Source: Candidatus Omnitrophota bacterium (GTDB lineage: Bacteria; Omnitrophota; Gorgyraeia; B26-G9). Taken from it: a stretch of DNA of 60,993 nt. Positions 1 through 9,383 of the stretch are shown piece by piece. Location: positions 1 to 60,993 of the forward strand of contig JACQZH010000012.1 of assembly GCA_016213925.1 (NCBI GenBank), in the 5' to 3' direction. The notes beneath the pieces are model-generated. The model was given only the letters and a program-made list of their open reading frames with translations. It did no database searches and had not been told where the DNA came from. Each line of letters starts with the position of its first letter. Positions within the stretch are counted from its first letter, which is position 1. Both the position numbers and the translations under genes were made by a program.

Positions 1-1
1 T

Positions 2-643
2 GCCGCGCCTCCGGAAGCGGAGTTTTATTGGAACGAGCGGGGGATGGAAGGTTCGTGGAGATTTTTAAACAGGGTTTGGAATATGGTGGATGCTTTAAAA
101 CAGCTTAAAAATTATTCGGATGTAAAACGGGAAAATTCTTTAAATAGTGAAGAATTGGAGTTTAAACTTCATCTGACGATTAAGAAAGTCACAGAGGAGA
201 TGCAGGGCGGTTTTAAGTTTAATACCGCTATAAGCGCGATGATGGAATTAACTAATGAAATAGCAACTGCCTTCCGGGCTGCCGAAGAAAATAAAACAAT
301 CACAAGAACTTTAGAAGAGGCAATTGAAACCCTGGTTGTGCTGCTTGCTCCTATAGCCCCTCATTTTTGTGAAGAATTATGGCAGATGTCTGGCAAAAAT
401 AGCAGTATTATTAACGCAACTTGGCCTGCTTGCAAGGTGGAAAAACTCCAGAAAGAAAATATTGAAATAGTAATACAAATAAATAGCAAAGTACGTTCTA
501 AAATTACCGTTCCATCTTCAATCAGCGATGAAGATATTAAAAAAGCAGCATTTGAAGACGTAAAAATTAAAGAATGGCTTAAAGATAAAAGCGTAAAGAA
601 GTTTTTTATTATACCTAAAAAAATGGTTAATATTATCGTTTAA
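2..643 (+). CDS. leuS: Leucine--tRNA ligase, C-terminal part (5' end lies upstream of the window)
   Basis: The frame is open from base 2. GSWRFLNRVW and the following anticodon-binding/C-terminal region resemble bacterial LeuRS C-termini. Confidence 0.8.
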   Translation, partial: AAPPEAEFYWNERGMEGSWRFLNRVWNMVDALKQLKNYSDVKRENSLNSEELEFKLHLTIKKVTEEMQGGFKFNTAISAMMELTNEIATAFRAAEENKTITRTLEEAIETLVVLLAPIAPHFCEELWQMSGKNSSIINATWPACKVEKLQKENIEIVIQINSKVRSKITVPSSISDEDIKKAAFEDVKIKEWLKDKSVKKFFIIPKKMVNIIV

Positions 644-658
644 CTTTAGGATTTTGCT

Positions 659-1042
659 ATGGAAGATTCCTCTTCGGAAGAGAGAAAGGTTATAGTTTTT
701 GTCTTTGCTCTTTTTATCTTTGGGGTGGGGATTTCTTTGTTTAATAAAAATAAAGTTATTGACGGTGCGCAAGCTCTTTTAATTGCTCCACAAGCGAATA
801 TTGGAGTTAGAAATTATATCCCAGAGAATAATTCCAACCTCAAAAAAGAACTTGTTCCTATCAACAGTGCCGGCTTAGATTCTCTTTGTACGCTTACCGG
901 AATCGGACCGATTATCGCCCGGCGTATAATCGATTACCGCAAAAACAATGGACCTTTTAAGACTAAAGAAGAAATCCTTTGCATCAAAGGTATTGGACCT
1001 AAAAAATTTGAAAAAATAAAAGATTTGATTTTGCTGGAATGA
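659..1042 (+). CDS. comEA: ComEA-family helix-hairpin-helix DNA-binding competence protein
   Basis: N-terminal TM segment followed by tandem HhH motifs (LCTLTGIGPIIARRIIDYR ... IKGIGPKKFEKI). Confidence 0.85.
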   Translation: MEDSSSEERKVIVFVFALFIFGVGISLFNKNKVIDGAQALLIAPQANIGVRNYIPENNSNLKKELVPINSAGLDSLCTLTGIGPIIARRIIDYRKNNGPFKTKEEILCIKGIGPKKFEKIKDLILLE

Positions 1043-2463
1043 AGATGAAATATCCAATAGTGGTTTTATGCGTTGCATTCTGTATGGGGATATTAACAGC
1101 AGTGTTTTTAGAGTTCCCGTTTGCGATTCTTTGTTTTCTTTCTGTTTTGGCCATTGTGTTAAGCGCTGTTTTTGTAAAACAAAATATAAAATTCAATTTT
1201 TTGATATCTATCTGCGCTTTTTTGCTTGGAGCAGTGGTATTAAAAAATTCCCTAATCCTGCCTAATTGCCATATAGCTAAGTTAATCCCGTATAAAAGCG
1301 AATGCTCAAGAGTTATCGGTAGTATTGATAACGACCCTGTTTATTTAGAAAAAAACGTTACTTTTACTTTGAAAGTTGAAAAAATTAAATTAGGCAGCGA
1401 GTGGATTAAAACCTGCGGAAAAGTTTTGTTGAAGGTTTATAAAAAAGAGAAATTTGCAAGCTCTGAGAAATTATTGGTGGAAGGCAAGTTGTATCAGCCG
1501 TTTTCTTTCTCCCGGGAATTTAATTATAGAAGATATTTAAGAAATCAGGGAATATATCTAATCTTAAGTGCGAAGAAAAATGGGGTTATTGAGCGGTTGG
1601 GAATAAATAAAACAAACTGGATAAATTCGCTTATCTTTAAGGCAAAACGCAAAATAAGGGATGTTTTTAATAAAAATTTATCTTCTTTTTCAGCGGGGAT
1701 TTTAAATGCTTTTATCCTTGGGGATAGGCAAGACTTACCTAAAGTCCTTATGGATATGATGGTTAATTTAGGTATTGTCCATATTGTCGCTATATCCGGC
1801 TTTAATATCGGAATAATTGCTTTTATCACTTTAGTAATTCTGAAAATAATGAGGATTCCAAGAAGGCCGCGGTATTTTATTGCGATGTTTCTTTTGATTA
1901 TTTACTGTGCTTTGACTGGTTCTAATATTCCTGTTGTGCGCGCGACAGTAATGGCGATTATCCTTCTTTGGGGGTATTTTTTGAATAGGGATGTAAATAT
2001 CTATAATTCTTTGGCTCTAGCCGCTTTAATAATGCTGACAATCAACCCCAGTCAGATACTTGAAGTGAGTTTTCAGCTTTCTTTTTTAAGTGTAATTTTT
2101 ATTGTTTGGCTTGCTCCGAAAATTAAAAAAATGTTTCCTGAAAGGTTAAATGATGTGCCCTGGGCGCGTTTCTTGATTGTAACTTTTTCTGTATCTATAG
2201 CTGCTTGGATTGGGCTGCTTCCTTTGCTTGCGTACTATTTTAAGATAATTTCTCCGATTACGGTATTGGCAAATATGATTATTGTCCCTTATGCAACATT
2301 AATTATAATCTCCGGGTTTAGCCTTGCTTTTATGGGCCTGATAATTCCATTTTCAGCTCAAGCAATAGGCGCAAGTAATGACTTGCTGATAATAATTATG
2401 TTTAAAATAATTTCTCTTTTAGCATTAATCCCCGGGGCGTATTTTAAATTACCGAATCCGTGA
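1039..2463 (+). CDS. comEC: ComEC/Rec2-family DNA internalisation channel (competence domain; no C-terminal metallo-beta-lactamase domain)
   Basis: 474-aa polytopic membrane protein with a ComEC-like N-terminal OB region and competence domain. ATGA overlap with the comEA stop codon. Confidence 0.75.
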   Translation: MKMKYPIVVLCVAFCMGILTAVFLEFPFAILCFLSVLAIVLSAVFVKQNIKFNFLISICAFLLGAVVLKNSLILPNCHIAKLIPYKSECSRVIGSIDNDPVYLEKNVTFTLKVEKIKLGSEWIKTCGKVLLKVYKKEKFASSEKLLVEGKLYQPFSFSREFNYRRYLRNQGIYLILSAKKNGVIERLGINKTNWINSLIFKAKRKIRDVFNKNLSSFSAGILNAFILGDRQDLPKVLMDMMVNLGIVHIVAISGFNIGIIAFITLVILKIMRIPRRPRYFIAMFLLIIYCALTGSNIPVVRATVMAIILLWGYFLNRDVNIYNSLALAALIMLTINPSQILEVSFQLSFLSVIFIVWLAPKIKKMFPERLNDVPWARFLIVTFSVSIAAWIGLLPLLAYYFKIISPITVLANMIIVPYATLIIISGFSLAFMGLIIPFSAQAIGASNDLLIIIMFKIISLLALIPGAYFKLPNP

Positions 2464-2478
2464 CTCTGATAAAGAGGG

Positions 2479-3123
2479 ATGGACAGTTTCAGTTGTTTCA
2501 TGTTCTGGGGGACAATCGCCTGGGCCGGTTCAATAGACCAGTTCACCACTGCCTGTGCGCCTGCATTTTTGATTTTAACCAACTGGGCTGTCATTTTGGA
2601 CAGGGACGGGGTAATTAACCGTAATATAGACGGCGGATATGTGAGTGCTTGGGATGAATTTGAGTTTTTACCGGATTCTCTTGATGCTATCGCCGAGCTT
2701 ACTCGTGCCGGATTTAAAATTATTATTACTTCTAATCAAGCCGGAGTTAGTAAAGGCATATATACAGAAAAACGTTTATCCAAGATTACGGCGAATATGC
2801 TTGACCGGATAGAGCAAACCGGTGGTAAGATTTATTCAGTGCGCTATTGTCTTCACAAGGATGAGGATAATTGCATCTGCCGTAAGCCTAAAACAGGTCT
2901 TTTTATGCAGGCAATTCATAATATTGCGGCTGATTTGAAAAATACTTTTGTAGTCGGTGACAGTGAAAGGGATATTGAGGCTGGAAAAAAAATAGGATGC
3001 AAAACGATTCTTGTGTTGAGCGGAAAAATAAAAAATAAAAAAGAAGCGGATAATTTAAAAAGTAAGCCTGATTTTATAGCCAAAGATTTATTTAAGGCTG
3101 TCAAATCGATAGTAATTAATTAG
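2479..3123 (+). CDS. gmhB: D-glycero-D-manno-heptose 1,7-bisphosphate phosphatase-like HAD hydrolase
   Basis: Motifs DRDGVIN (DxD), TSNQAG, Zn-loop DEDNCICRKPKTG and VGDSERD. The first ~30 codons of the ATG-2479 ORF are antisense to a binding-protein relic. A TTG at 2569 would give a family-typical N-terminus. Confidence 0.75.
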   Translation: MDSFSCFMFWGTIAWAGSIDQFTTACAPAFLILTNWAVILDRDGVINRNIDGGYVSAWDEFEFLPDSLDAIAELTRAGFKIIITSNQAGVSKGIYTEKRLSKITANMLDRIEQTGGKIYSVRYCLHKDEDNCICRKPKTGLFMQAIHNIAADLKNTFVVGDSERDIEAGKKIGCKTILVLSGKIKNKKEADNLKSKPDFIAKDLFKAVKSIVIN

Positions 3124-3136
3124 GAGAGAAAACGTT

Positions 3137-3730
3137 ATGAAATTGATTAGTGCGCTTTTTGTAAGTTTTTTTGCGCTGTTTATTGTTATAGACGCAGTGG
3201 GACTTGTGCCGGTATTTTTATCTATTACTAAAGGGATGCAGCCTAAGCGGCGTAAAGATCTTTTACGGCGCTCTGTTATCAGCGCGGCGTTGATTTGTAT
3301 AGTTTTTATGATTCTTGGCGGATTGATTTTTTGGATTCTTGGTGTTACTATCGCTGATTTTCAGGTTGCAGGAGGGATTTTACTTTTAGTGTTTTCTATA
3401 CGTTTTTTAATCCAAAAAAATGAGCCGAAACGTATTGCCGGCGATGATATGGCAATAGTGCCGTTAGCGACACCGTTAATCGCAGGGCCTGCGGTTTTAA
3501 CAATACTTTTGGCTTTAAAGACATCTTATGGTTTTATTGTTACTTTAATTGCGCTTTTGTTAAATATGCCGATGGTTTTTTTTATTTTTTATCATTCTGA
3601 ACTGATCGCTAAAGCTCTGGGTGATTCGGGAATGAAGGCAATTTCTAAAGTGGTTGAGATTATTTTGAGCGCTTTTGCGGTTATGCTGATTAGAAAAGGC
3701 CTTATGGAATTTTTGCAGAATATGTCTTAA
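3137..3730 (+). CDS. MarC-family (UPF0056) integral membrane protein
   Basis: 197 aa with about 6 TM segments. The N-terminal FALFIVIDAVGLVPVFLSIT resembles the MarC family signature. Confidence 0.7.
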   Translation: MKLISALFVSFFALFIVIDAVGLVPVFLSITKGMQPKRRKDLLRRSVISAALICIVFMILGGLIFWILGVTIADFQVAGGILLLVFSIRFLIQKNEPKRIAGDDMAIVPLATPLIAGPAVLTILLALKTSYGFIVTLIALLLNMPMVFFIFYHSELIAKALGDSGMKAISKVVEIILSAFAVMLIRKGLMEFLQNMS

Positions 3731-3758
3731 TTTAAAAAAAGGCAGAGAGTAGAGAGTT

Positions 3759-4211
3759 ATGATTAGGAAAGCAACAGTCGCAGACGTTAAAAAGATTCAG
3801 GAACTTATTAATTCTTTTGCTAAAACCAATGCGGTTTTACCAAGATCATTAAATAGTGTTTACGAAAACTTAAGGGATTTTTTTATTTTTGAATCCGATG
3901 AAAATATATTTGGATGCGGGGCGCTGCATATTACCTGGGATAATCTGGCTGAACTGCGTTCATTGGTTGTGCACAAGGAATATCAGGGCAAAGGTATTGG
4001 GAAAGCGCTGGTAAATGAATGTATAAAGGAAGCCAGGCAATTACAGGTGAAAAAAGTTTTTTTATTGACAGAGAATTCCGGATTTTTTAAAAAACTCGGA
4101 TTTGCGCAGGTGGATAAAGCGGCTTTACCGCATAAAATCTGGAGTGACTGTGTGGAATGTATTCAGTTTCCTAATTGCAACGAAGTGGCAATGGTGAAGG
4201 ATATTGAATAG
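3759..4211 (+). CDS. GNAT N-acetyltransferase, short ArgA-like (amino-acid N-acetyltransferase type)
   Basis: 150 aa. Acetyl-CoA binding motif [14 protein letters not shown] and overall similarity to short N-acetylglutamate synthase-like GNATs. Confidence 0.65.
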   Translation: MIRKATVADVKKIQELINSFAKTNAVLPRSLNSVYENLRDFFIFESDENIFGCGALHITWDNLAELRSLVVHKEYQGKGIGKALVNECIKEARQLQVKKVFLLTENSGFFKKLGFAQVDKAALPHKIWSDCVECIQFPNCNEVAMVKDIE

Positions 4212-4288
4212 CGGTTAGCGGGCAGCGTTTAGCGGATAGTAAAAACTCTAGCTGGTGTAAAGATGGGAAAATAATATATGGAGAATTT

Positions 4289-5575
4289 ATGGGATATACG
4301 ATAACGGAAAAAATATTCAGCGTGCATGTCAACGGCAAAAAAGTTAAGGCCGGAGACTTTGTTTACGCTAAGGTTGACCTTGGATTAGGCAATGATGTTA
4401 CTGCGCCGATTGCGATTGACCAGTTTTACAAACTTGGGGCAAAAAAAGTTTATGATAATAAAAAGGTTGTTTTGGTGCCTGACCATTTTACTCCGGCAAA
4501 AGATATCAAGAGCGCTACCCAGGCCAAGATCCTTCGTGATTTTGCGAAAAAGCAAAAGATTAAACATTACTATGAAATCGGCCGCATGGGGATAGAACAT
4601 GCTTTACTGCCTGAGCTTGGGTTGGTTGAACCGGGAAAACTTATTATCGGAGCTGATTCGCATACCTGTACATACGGAGCTTTAGGAGCTTTTGCGACCG
4701 GTGTAGGGTCTACTGATTTGGCAGCGTGCTGGGCCACCGGATCTTGCTGGTTTAAAGTTCCTCAAACAATGAAATTCGTGTATAAAGGAAAATTTAAAAA
4801 GTGGGTTTGCGGTAAAGATTTGATTCTTTTTACTATCGGAAAAATTGGAGTTGACGGTGCATTGTATAAAGCTATGGAATTCAGCGGCCCGGTAATTGAG
4901 CAATTACCTGTGGATGATCGTTTTACAATGGCAAACATGGCGATTGAAGCCGGAGGAAAATCGGGGATAATTGCTCCGGACAAAATCACATATAATTATG
5001 TTAAGGCGCAAACTGCTGACAGGAAAATTATCGATAAAAAAATTAAAAAATGGGAACAGTTTTTAAGTGATAATGACGCGCAATATGAGCAGGTCTTTGA
5101 TATTGATGTTTCACAGATAGAACCTCAAGTTGCTCTGCCTCATTTGCCGAGCAATAGTGTCAGTGTTAACCGGGTTAAAAATATAACTATAGATCAGGTA
5201 GTTATCGGTTCATGCACAAATGGACGGATTTCTGATTTACGTATTGCGGCAAAAATTCTCAAAGGCAAAAAAGTGCATCCTAGCGTGCGTTGTATTATAT
5301 TCCCTGCGACGCAGGCGATTTATTTACAGGCGATGAAAGAAGGCCTTCTTGAGATTTTTGTTAATGCTAATGCTGTGGTCTCTACGCCTACTTGCGGGCC
5401 TTGTTTGGGAGGGCATATGGGTATTTTGGCAAAAGGGGAAAGAGCGATTGCTACGACTAATAGAAATTTTATAGGACGCATGGGGCATCCGGAAAGCGAA
5501 GTTTATTTAAGCAGTCCGGCTGTTGCTGCGGCAAGCTCTGTTACCGGAAAAATCATTCATCCGGACAATGTTTAA
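4289..5575 (+). CDS. leuC: 3-isopropylmalate (aconitase-family) dehydratase large subunit
   Basis: Aconitase-family Fe-S ligand regions [23 protein letters not shown] and CGPCLG. Followed by the small subunit and leuB. Confidence 0.85.
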   Translation: MGYTITEKIFSVHVNGKKVKAGDFVYAKVDLGLGNDVTAPIAIDQFYKLGAKKVYDNKKVVLVPDHFTPAKDIKSATQAKILRDFAKKQKIKHYYEIGRMGIEHALLPELGLVEPGKLIIGADSHTCTYGALGAFATGVGSTDLAACWATGSCWFKVPQTMKFVYKGKFKKWVCGKDLILFTIGKIGVDGALYKAMEFSGPVIEQLPVDDRFTMANMAIEAGGKSGIIAPDKITYNYVKAQTADRKIIDKKIKKWEQFLSDNDAQYEQVFDIDVSQIEPQVALPHLPSNSVSVNRVKNITIDQVVIGSCTNGRISDLRIAAKILKGKKVHPSVRCIIFPATQAIYLQAMKEGLLEIFVNANAVVSTPTCGPCLGGHMGILAKGERAIATTNRNFIGRMGHPESEVYLSSPAVAAASSVTGKIIHPDNV

Positions 5576-5603
5576 ATCCAAGGTGCGGGGGAAGGGATAG
5601 CTT

Positions 5604-5694
5604 AAAACCAAAAGTTAAAAACCAAAAGCTAAAAGTTAAAAACCAAAAACCAAAAACCAAAAACCAAAAGCTAAAAACTAAGAGCTAAAAAACG
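5604..5694. repeat. Heptanucleotide tandem array, 13 units in perfect 7-nt register (AAAACCA x6, AAAGTTA x2, AAAGCTA x2, AAAACTA, AGAGCTA, AAAAACG)
   Basis: Read directly from the 188-nt leuC-leuD spacer. Units stay in register from 5604 to 5694. Confidence 0.9.
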
Positions 5695-5763
5695 TAGAAA
5701 CGTACGTCTGCTCTGTTCGTATGGCGTAAAAATAAAAGGCAGAAAAAACAAGGGGTTTTATAG

Positions 5764-6264
5764 ATGAAGATTAAGGGAAAAATTTGGAAATTTAATGACA
5801 ATATAAATACTGATGAAATTATAGCGGCGAGGTATCTAAATACTTTTGATGAAAAAGAATTGGGCAGTTATTGCATGGAGGACATTGATAAGGAGTTTGC
5901 GCAAAAAATTTCAAAAGGAGATATCATTGTTGCCGGTAAAAATTTCGGCTGTGGTTCTTCCCGTGAACATGCGCCGATAGCTATAAAAGGTTGCGGCATA
6001 TCCTGTGTTATAGCGGAAAGTTTTGCCAGGATTTTTTATCGCAACGCGATTAATATCGGGCTTCCTATATTTGTAAGTGAACAGGCTAGCCGCTTGCTTA
6101 AACAAGGCGAACAGATAGAAGTTGACGCTGAAAATGGTAAAATTATGAATTTAACAAATCAAGAAGTTTATGCTAGTGATAAATTTGCCGATTTTATGCA
6201 GGATATTGTAAATAGCGGAGGGTTGTTGGATTGGGTTAAAAAGAAAGGGTTTATAAAAAAATGA
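5764..6264 (+). CDS. leuD: 3-isopropylmalate dehydratase small subunit
   Basis: 166 aa, [10 protein letters not shown] swivel-domain motif, adjacent to leuC. Confidence 0.85.
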   Translation: MKIKGKIWKFNDNINTDEIIAARYLNTFDEKELGSYCMEDIDKEFAQKISKGDIIVAGKNFGCGSSREHAPIAIKGCGISCVIAESFARIFYRNAINIGLPIFVSEQASRLLKQGEQIEVDAENGKIMNLTNQEVYASDKFADFMQDIVNSGGLLDWVKKKGFIKK

Positions 6265-6503
6265 AAGTAGAACAGACAGAAATCGAAGTTGTTATTTTTG
6301 TTCAAAATAGCAGAGTGGAAGGGAAAGTGCATTTGCCTTCAGGAGGCAGATTGACTGATTACTTGGCATTGGCAGAAAGAAAATTTATTCCGATTACCGA
6401 CGCGAAAGTATATCTGGTGCCGGGTAATGAATTAATTTATTCTATAAGCTTTTTGAGTTTAAATAAAGATTTTATTTTGTATATTTTCCCTAAAACAAAC
6501 TAA
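6261..6503 (+). CDS. Small hypothetical protein, translationally coupled to leuD
   Basis: 80-aa ORF whose ATG overlaps the leuD stop (ATGA). No family recognised. Confidence 0.45.
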   Translation: MKVEQTEIEVVIFVQNSRVEGKVHLPSGGRLTDYLALAERKFIPITDAKVYLVPGNELIYSISFLSLNKDFILYIFPKTN

Positions 6504-6533
6504 ATCAACAAAAAAAGGAAGAGGTGAAATAAA

Positions 6534-7589
6534 ATGTATAATATAGCGGTTATCCCTGGAGACGGCACGGGCCCGGAAGTGGTGGACGAGGGGTTAAAAG
6601 TTCTTAAAAAAGTAAGTAAACTGTATGGCTTAGAATATAAAACCAAGGTTTTTAATTATGGCGGAGAGCGTTATTTAAAAACCAGCAAAACGATTACGGA
6701 TGAAGAGCTTGAGGAATTGAAATCATTTGATGCAATCTATTTGGGCGCAATCGGGCATCCGGATGTAAAACCAGGTATTCTTGAACAGGGGATTTTACTA
6801 AAAACCCGTTTTAGTTTAGACCAGTATATAAATTTAAGGCCTGTGAAGCTGTATAATAAGGATTTCTGTCCTTTAAAAGATAAAAAAGAAGAGGATATCG
6901 ATTTTGTAGTTGTGAGAGAAAATTCCGAAGGTTTATATAAAGGAATGGGAGAATTTCGTAATAAAGATACAAAGGATGAAGTTGCGATACAGATATCGCA
7001 TAATACGCGTAAAGGCGTAGAAAGATGTATACGATACGCGTTTGAATATACAAGAAAACGCAATAAGAAAAAAACTCTCACTCTTTGCGGAAAAACTAAT
7101 GTTTTAACCTATGCCTGGGACCTTTGGCAGAGGACTTTTAATGAAGTTGCAAAAGAATACCCGGACATAAAAACCGATTATGCGCATGTTGATGCTACGA
7201 CAATGTGGTTTGTGAAAAACCCTGAATGGTTTGATGTTATTGTTACTGATAATATGTTTGGCGATATTATTACGGATTTGGGCGCAATGATCCAGGGCGG
7301 TATGGGCATAGCAGCAGGCGGAAATATTAACCCTGATGGTGTTTCCATGTTTGAGCCTATCGGCGGTTCTGCTCCGAAGTATACAGGAAAAAATGTTATT
7401 AATCCGCTGGCGGCTATCTGCGCGTTGGGCATGCTCCTGGAAGTCTTAGGGGAAAAACAGGCAGCAGTAAGCGTTGAAAAAGCTGTTATAAAAATCGTGA
7501 AAACAAAATTAAAAAGCCTGGGAGCGGGAAAAATGGGATATTCCACAACCGAGGTTGGAGATCTGGTAGTTGAGCAGTTGGCTAAATAG
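6534..7589 (+). CDS. leuB: 3-isopropylmalate dehydrogenase
   Basis: IAVIPGDGTGPEV N-terminus and NMFGDIITDLGA motif of the isocitrate/isopropylmalate dehydrogenase family. RBS GGAAGAGG upstream. Confidence 0.85.
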   Translation: MYNIAVIPGDGTGPEVVDEGLKVLKKVSKLYGLEYKTKVFNYGGERYLKTSKTITDEELEELKSFDAIYLGAIGHPDVKPGILEQGILLKTRFSLDQYINLRPVKLYNKDFCPLKDKKEEDIDFVVVRENSEGLYKGMGEFRNKDTKDEVAIQISHNTRKGVERCIRYAFEYTRKRNKKKTLTLCGKTNVLTYAWDLWQRTFNEVAKEYPDIKTDYAHVDATTMWFVKNPEWFDVIVTDNMFGDIITDLGAMIQGGMGIAAGGNINPDGVSMFEPIGGSAPKYTGKNVINPLAAICALGMLLEVLGEKQAAVSVEKAVIKIVKTKLKSLGAGKMGYSTTEVGDLVVEQLAK

Positions 7590-7752
7590 TGTTTTGTCCC
7601 GTAGAGGTGGCCGCTCCATGAGTGAGAAAAAGAAGGAGGCTGCAGTGATGGGTTTCACGGGAAGAAAAATAGTCAGATAAGAGGATGTTTAGTGAAAATA
7701 AATTATAAAAATTAGGAGCAGGAAGTAGAGGTGAAGAATAAAATTAAAAAAT

Positions 7753-8595
7753 ATGATCTTGGAAGGAGATAAAGGCGCCGCGGTTACTTTTGCAAAGGAC
7801 GCGGTAAAATGCGGCGCAGTTGTTATTGACAACGGTGCGGATTTTCGTATGTGCAAAGATGTCCCGCTTATTGTGCCTGAAGTTAACGCAGAGGCTGCAA
7901 AAAAGCACAAAGGAATTATAGCTAATCCGAATTGTTCCACTATTCAGATGGTTACGGCATTGGCACCTTTGCATCGGAAAGTTGGTATAAAAAGGATTAT
8001 TGCGTCTACTTATCAGGCAGTTTCAGGTGCAGGCAGATCAGCATTGAACCAATTATGGGAAGAAACTGGATATTTGCTTAAGCATAGCAATTTAGAAAAT
8101 GTTTTAGAAAATCCTATGCTTTGTAGAACTACGGAGCAATCTGCTTTTAATTATCAAATTGCTTTTAACGCTTTGGCTCAAATAGGTAGTTTTAAGGAGT
8201 TTGATTATACGACTGAAGAATGGAAAATGGTTCATGAAACGCATAAGATATTTAATACTAAAAAAATTAAAATATCAGCGACATGCATAAGAGTTCCGGT
8301 GCTTAATGCGCATTCTGAATCAATTTATCTTGAAACGTTGAAACCTATTTCACCTGCGGATGTGAAAAAGCTGCTAAGTAAAGCTAAAGGCGTTGTGGTT
8401 ATTGATGAGCCGAGTAAAGCCGAGTATCCTATGCCGGCCAAGGTTTCGGGAAATGATGATGTTTTTGTCGGAAGGATACGTAAGGACCCATTCGTTAAGA
8501 ATGGACTTTGGATGTGGGTTGTAAGTGATAACCTTCGAAAAGGTGCGGCTACCAATGCAGTGCAGATAGCCGAATATCTTATCGGAAAAAGATAA
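7753..8595 (+). pseudogene. asd: Aspartate-semialdehyde dehydrogenase lacking the N-terminal NADP-binding (GxxGxxG) segment; 5'-truncated gene or assembly artefact
   Basis: The ORF begins at the equivalent of about residue 55-60 of Asd (..GAVVIDN..VPEVN..NPNCSTIQMV..SGAG). The frame is closed upstream by TGA at 7732 and TAG at 7690. No Rossmann loop in any frame of 7590-7752. Confidence 0.6.
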
Positions 8596-8597
8596 TA

Positions 8598-9383
8598 GTG
8601 CGAAAAATTAAAAATATTCTTCTTAAAATAGAATATGATGGGACTAATTACCGGGGATGGCAGCGCCAGGCTTCCCGGGAACTAAAAGGCGAGAATGATT
8701 CGCTTACTGTTCAGGAAGTCATTGAAACAGCCCTGAAGGATATTTTAAAAGAAAAGGTATCGCTTATTAGCTCCGGAAGAACAGATGCTGGTGTGCATGC
8801 GAAAAGCCAGTATGCAAATTTTAGGGCAGCTACGTCGATTCCGCTTAATAAAATGGGGATGGCGATTAATGCTTTATTGCCGTCTGATATTCGCGTTTTG
8901 AGTGTCCGTAGGGTTCCAGACAGCTTTCATAGCCGTTATGACGTTAAAACTAAAGTTTATCGTTATGTTATTTTAAACCGCAAATACTGTTCTGTTTTTC
9001 TTAGGCAGTATGTTTTGCATATCCCAAAGCCGCAGTTAGATGTTAGCGTGATGCAAAAAGAATCAAAAGTTCTTATTGGCAGGCATGATTTTAAATCTTT
9101 TCAGGCCAGCGATAAAAAAGTGCGCGGTTCAATCCGTACAATAAAGGATATTAGCGTAAAAAAGAGCCGTGGCCTGATATTAATTGATGTGGAAGCAGAT
9201 GGTTTCCTTTATAACATGGTTAGGAATATTGTTGGCACGCTTATCGAGGTCGGCCGCGGGAAACGGCCTAAAAATAGTTTGAAAAATATATTACTTGTCA
9301 GGGACCGCAGATGTGCGGGGCCGACAGTCCCGGCAAAAGGATTAACCCTTTTGAAAGTAAGATATAAAAATGATAAAACTTAG
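8598..9383 (+). CDS. truA: tRNA pseudouridine(38-40) synthase
   Basis: GTG start. EYDGTNYRGWQRQ and catalytic GRTDAGVHA motifs. Confidence 0.9.
   Translation: MRKIKNILLKIEYDGTNYRGWQRQASRELKGENDSLTVQEVIETALKDILKEKVSLISSGRTDAGVHAKSQYANFRAATSIPLNKMGMAINALLPSDIRVLSVRRVPDSFHSRYDVKTKVYRYVILNRKYCSVFLRQYVLHIPKPQLDVSVMQKESKVLIGRHDFKSFQASDKKVRGSIRTIKDISVKKSRGLILIDVEADGFLYNMVRNIVGTLIEVGRGKRPKNSLKNILLVRDRRCAGPTVPAKGLTLLKVRYKNDKT

Noticed and set aside
5604-5694. A CRISPR array, considered here and also at 38424-38503 and 59933-59998.
   Set aside because: The units are only 7-11 nt and directly abut each other with no spacers. No cas genes lie in the window.
7596-7752. A lysine riboswitch (L-box) upstream of asd, suggested by GTAGAGGTGGC resembling the L-box 5' AGAGGUGC.
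   Set aside because: The gap is shorter than a full L-box and lacks the other conserved helices and junction motifs that I can recall. The same motif also recurs upstream of pilB-2, which has no link to lysine.
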